DNA of 64,000 bases, from positions 2,272,001 through 2,336,000 of the forward strand of contig OZ250173.1 in the NCBI GenBank assembly GCA_965238075.1, in the 5' to 3' direction. This document shows positions 60,401-64,000 of the stretch, piece after piece. The translations under genes and the position numbers were made by a program. Below the pieces are notes generated by a model. The model had not been told where the DNA came from. It did no database searches and worked only from the letters and a program-made list of their open reading frames with translations. Origin of the DNA: Candidatus Entotheonellaceae bacterium (GTDB taxonomy: Bacteria; Tectomicrobia; Entotheonellia; Entotheonellales; Entotheonellaceae). The stretch's first letter is position 1. Each line of letters begins with the position of its first letter.

Positions 60401-60472
60401 GCGTGGCGCAAGCTGCCAGCCGGGTCGCCGTCGGAGCGAGCATCGGAGGCTGACGTAAGGACGGCCATCAGC

Positions 60473-61752
60473 ATGGCGAACAGCAACGAGCACAACAGGG
60501 CGGTGAGGCGTGTGGTCATCACGGGTCTAGGAGCCGTGACCCCCCTTGGCACGGACGTCCCGACCTCCTGGCAAGCCGCGCTGCGCGGCGACAATGGCAT
60601 CGGCGGGATCCAATGTTTTGATGCCAGCGCGTTTCCGTGCCGGATTGCCGGCGAGGTGAAAGAAGATTTCCAGCCGCTCGACTACATCGACAAAAAAGAA
60701 GTGAAGCGCATGGACCGCTTCGTGCAGTTTGCCTTGGCCAGCGCGGACATGGCGGTGGCCGATGCCGAAATGCGCTTTGCGCCCGACGAATCACAGCGCT
60801 CCGGGTGCCTGCTGGGCGTAGGGCTCGGTGGCATGGCGACGTTCGAACGCAACCATGAAAGTCTGTTGCGGACGGGTCCGCAGCGCGTTTCCCCTTTCTT
60901 CATTCCCATGCTGATCGGCAACATGGCGGCGGGGCACGTCTGCATGCGCTACGGGCTGCGGGGTCCGAATTCCTGCGTGTCCACGGCGTGCGCGGCCGGC
61001 ACACGCACGCCATCGGCGATTCCTTCAAAATCATTCAACGCGGCGACGCGGACGTGATGCTGAGCGGGGGTTGTGAGTCCGTTGTCACGCCGCTGGGGGT
61101 TGGCGGCTTCTACGCCATGCGCGCCCTCTCTACCCGTAACGACGAGCCCGACCGTGCCAGTCGTCCTTTTGACGAGCAGCGGGATGGCTTCGTGTTGGGC
61201 GAAGGCGCCGGTATCCTGGTGCTGGAAGAACTGGAGCGGGCGCGGCAGCGGGGCGCGGCGATTTATGCTGAAGTCGTGGGCTATGGCATGAGTGCCGATG
61301 CCTACCACATGACGCAGCCCGACCCCGAAGCCAAGGGAGTCGCCATCTGTATGCAGCGGGCGCTCGACGATGCCGGGCTGGAGCCGGACGAGATTGCCTA
61401 TATCAATGCGCACGGCACCTCGACGCCGTACAACGATAAGTATGAAACGCTGGCGATCAAGAAGGTCTTCCGGGGCCAGGCCTATCGTCTTGCCGTGAGT
61501 TCTACGAAATCGATGACGGGCCATTTGCTGGGCGCCGCCGGCGGCGTCGAAGGGGTTTTCACCGCGCTCGCCGTGCGGCATGGCGTGGTGCCACCGACCC
61601 GGAACTGGGAGCATCCGGACGCGGATTGCGATCTCGACTACGTCCCGAACGAGACGCGGACGATGCCCGTGGGTGCGGCCATGTCCAACTCCTTGGGCTT
61701 TGGCGGAACGAATGCGTGCGTGGTCTTCAAACAATATACGGAGCCGATGTGA
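60473..61752 (+). CDS. fabF: 3-oxoacyl-ACP synthase II with an apparent 2-nt insertion near 61001
   Basis: RRVVITGLG...STACAAG, then HAIGDS...INAHGTST...[14 protein letters not shown]...GFGGTN in another frame. Confidence 0.92.
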
Positions 61753-62450
61753 TAGCCCCCGAGCGTGCGGAACGTCTGGCCTTGTTTCAACGGCGGCTGG
61801 GATATTACTTTACGGCTCCTCAACGGCTGGACCGCGCGCTGACGCATCGTTCATACACCGCCGAGACAGCCGAGGACACAGGGGACTACGAGACCCTGGA
61901 GTTTCTGGGTGATGCCGCACTGGGGCTGATTTTGGGGACCTACCTGTACGAACGCTATCCCGGCTGCAACGAGGGCCAACTGTCGCAAATGCGCTCGCGC
62001 CTGGTAAGCGAGACCAGCTTGGCCGGTTTGGCGCGTCAGATCGATCTGGGGGATTTCCTGCTGCTCGGACGGGGCGAAGAGAGGTCCGGCGGACGTCACA
62101 AGGATTCCTTGCTGGCCGCTTCGCTTGAGGCCGTGGTTGCTGCCTTGTATCTCGACGCCGGCTTGCAGCGCACCCAAGATGTTTTTCTGAACTGCTATGC
62201 CGAGGCTATCGAGCGGCGCTTGGCCTCGCCTCAGGGTCAAGATTACAAGGGGCTTCTCCAGCAAAAGGCGCTAGGGGCTTTCGGCTGTGTACCGACCTAT
62301 CAGACCGTCCGCGAAGAAGGCCCTCCACATCAGAAGACGTTTCACGTACGGCTGAGCCTGACACCCGAGTATGACTGTATCGGGATAGGCCCGAGCAAAA
62401 AAGCCGCCGGGCAACACGCTGCTCAGCAGCTTCTCGGACTGCTGTGCTAG
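61749..62450 (+). CDS. rnc: Ribonuclease III
   Basis: [24 protein letters not shown], dsRBD DYKG.LQ...GPPHQK.F...G.SKK.A. Confidence 0.93.
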   Translation: MIAPERAERLALFQRRLGYYFTAPQRLDRALTHRSYTAETAEDTGDYETLEFLGDAALGLILGTYLYERYPGCNEGQLSQMRSRLVSETSLAGLARQIDLGDFLLLGRGEERSGGRHKDSLLAASLEAVVAALYLDAGLQRTQDVFLNCYAEAIERRLASPQGQDYKGLLQQKALGAFGCVPTYQTVREEGPPHQKTFHVRLSLTPEYDCIGIGPSKKAAGQHAAQQLLGLLC

Positions 62451-62541
62451 CATGGCGCCTGATCCTGACCCACCTTGTTTCCTGAAACAGGTGCTGCCTT
62501 AAAATGGACGGCGGCGGTTTGCACCAACAAAGACGCGCGGA

Positions 62542-63486
62542 GTGGAGAAGAATGTGGCGTCGGGAAGCGGTTTTTTACAGCGTTTGCGCAGCGGGTTGCA
62601 GAAGACCCGGCAGAGCCTCATGGGGAGTCTCGAGGCCGTTTTCAGTCGCAAGCGGCTGGACATCGACACCCTTGAAGAATTGGAAGAGGCCCTGATTCTC
62701 GCCGACCTCGGGGCGCGTACTGCCGACAAGGTGTTGCAAGAAGTCAACGTTCGCGTGAAGAACAAGACGATTGAGGCGGGGGACGGCCTGCGGGACGGGG
62801 TGATCGACATTTTGCGCGACATCATGACCGGGGCGATGCCGTCGGCGGCGGAGACAATCGCCCAACCGCGGCCGTGGGTGCTGATGATGGTGGGGGTGAA
62901 TGGGGTCGGCAAAACCACCACCCTGGGCAAGCTCGCGCATCATTTTCGCCAGCAGGGCGGCAAGTCGTTGCTGGTGGCGGCTGATACTTTCCGTGCCGCG
63001 GCGATTGAGCAGGCGGCGATCTGGAGCGAGCGTGCCGGTGTCGATGTCATCAAGGGCCAGCCGGGCGGCGACGCCGCGGCCGTTGCCTTTGATGCGGTTC
63101 AGGCCGCCTGTGCCCGGCGCATGGACCGGGTGCTGATCGACACCGCGGGGCGCCTGCACACCAAGGCGCCGTTGATGGAAGAGTTGAAGAAGATGCAGCG
63201 CGTGCTTGGGCGTGCCTTGCCCGATGCGCCGCATGATATCTGGCTGGTCCTGGATGCTACCACTGGGCAAAACGGCCTCGCCCAAGTGCGCCAGTTTCAC
63301 GAGAGTCTTGGCCTCACCGGGCTGGTGCTGACCAAGCTGGACGGCACCTCGAAGGGCGGCATCGTCATCAACGTCGCCCAGGAATTTCAGTTGCCGATCC
63401 GCTACATCGGCGTCGGCGAAGGGGTGGACGATTTGCGGCCGTTCGACGTCGCCGAATTTACGGCGGCCCTTTTTGACAAGGTATAG
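62542..63486 (+). CDS. ftsY: SRP receptor FtsY
   Basis: GVNGVGKTTT, DTFRAAA, DTAGRLH, DATTGQNG, TKLDGTSKGG. Confidence 0.96.
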   Translation: MEKNVASGSGFLQRLRSGLQKTRQSLMGSLEAVFSRKRLDIDTLEELEEALILADLGARTADKVLQEVNVRVKNKTIEAGDGLRDGVIDILRDIMTGAMPSAAETIAQPRPWVLMMVGVNGVGKTTTLGKLAHHFRQQGGKSLLVAADTFRAAAIEQAAIWSERAGVDVIKGQPGGDAAAVAFDAVQAACARRMDRVLIDTAGRLHTKAPLMEELKKMQRVLGRALPDAPHDIWLVLDATTGQNGLAQVRQFHESLGLTGLVLTKLDGTSKGGIVINVAQEFQLPIRYIGVGEGVDDLRPFDVAEFTAALFDKV

Positions 63487-63512
63487 GTATAGATGGAAGA
63501 AGGATACGAAAC

Positions 63513-64000
63513 ATGAATGTCGATGAACTGCGCCAACAATTGGCCGATCTGCAAGGTACGCTTGACGCGCTCCGAGGTCATCTTTGATCTTGACAAGCGG
63601 CAGGCGGAAATAGCGGTTCTGGATGCCCAGATGAGCCGCGGGGACTTCTGGGACGACATAGAGGATGCCCAAGAGGTTGTGAAACGACGGGCACTGCTGC
63701 ATTCGCCCGCACAGCGCTGGCAGGGGTTGAGGGACCGGGTAGAGGATACCGTCGGACTACTTGAGTTGGCGGCGGAGGAAGGTGATCTTGACGTACTGCG
63801 GGATGTCGAGGCGGAAACCCGCGCGCTCATCGAGGAAGGCGAACGTTTCGAGGTCGAGGCGTTGTTGTGTGGTGAGATGGATACGTCGAACGCCATTATC
63901 CATCTACATCCGGGCGCCGGCGGTACCGAGTCGCAGGATTGGGCCGAGATGCTGATGCGGATGTACATGCGCTGGGTTGAGTCGCATGGGCACAGCGTCG
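63513..64000 (+). CDS. prfB: Peptide chain release factor 2, programmed +1 frameshift, partial
   Basis: MNVDELRQQLADLQGTLDALRGHL, then CTT TGA at 63582-63587; the +1 frame gives DLDKRQAEI...DFWDD...HPGAGGTESQDWAEMLMRMY. Confidence 0.95.

Noticed and set aside
57304-61752. Type II polyketide cluster
   Set aside because: Standard rpmF-plsX-fabD-fabG-acpP-fabF-rnc fatty-acid synthesis context; no chain-length factor.

Overview
High-GC, diderm (LPS-making) bacterial chromosome segment. Its gene content (many LLM/F420-type oxidoreductases, CaiB CoA-transferases, deltaproteobacteria-like housekeeping genes) is reminiscent of Tectomicrobia-like lineages, but that is inference only. In order, it carries: a partial IS30 element inserted into a palindromic CGTC-type REP doublet beside a small frameshifted GIY-YIG nuclease gene; rnhA; a BrnT/BrnA toxin-antitoxin pair; lptG, msbA and lptD; katA with a near-perfect OxyR box and a convergent oxyR; hisD followed by a MoxR/VWA/BatA/DUF4159 cluster interrupted by a lower-GC HEPN-motif gene; a sigma54-type glnB-glnA operon; CoA-transferases, a TauD dioxygenase and an acetoin/2-oxoacid dehydrogenase E1a/E1b/E2; mutY; a stand-alone tRNA-Ile/tRNA-Ala pair; a DRG-like GTPase, acoX and a GrdB-like selenoprotein (in-frame UGA plus SECIS-like hairpin); pepA; and the yceD-rpmF-plsX-fabD-fabG-acpP-fabF-rnc-ftsY-prfB block. 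The most unusual item is a self-contained ~165-nt minus-strand transcription unit at about 39.4-39.6 kb, with a promoter, a 15-nt perfect Shine-Dalgarno, an 11-codon ORF, a structured 3' part and a terminator. Several genes have indels in homopolymer or dinucleotide runs that may be assembly errors. No CRISPR array or rRNA was seen.
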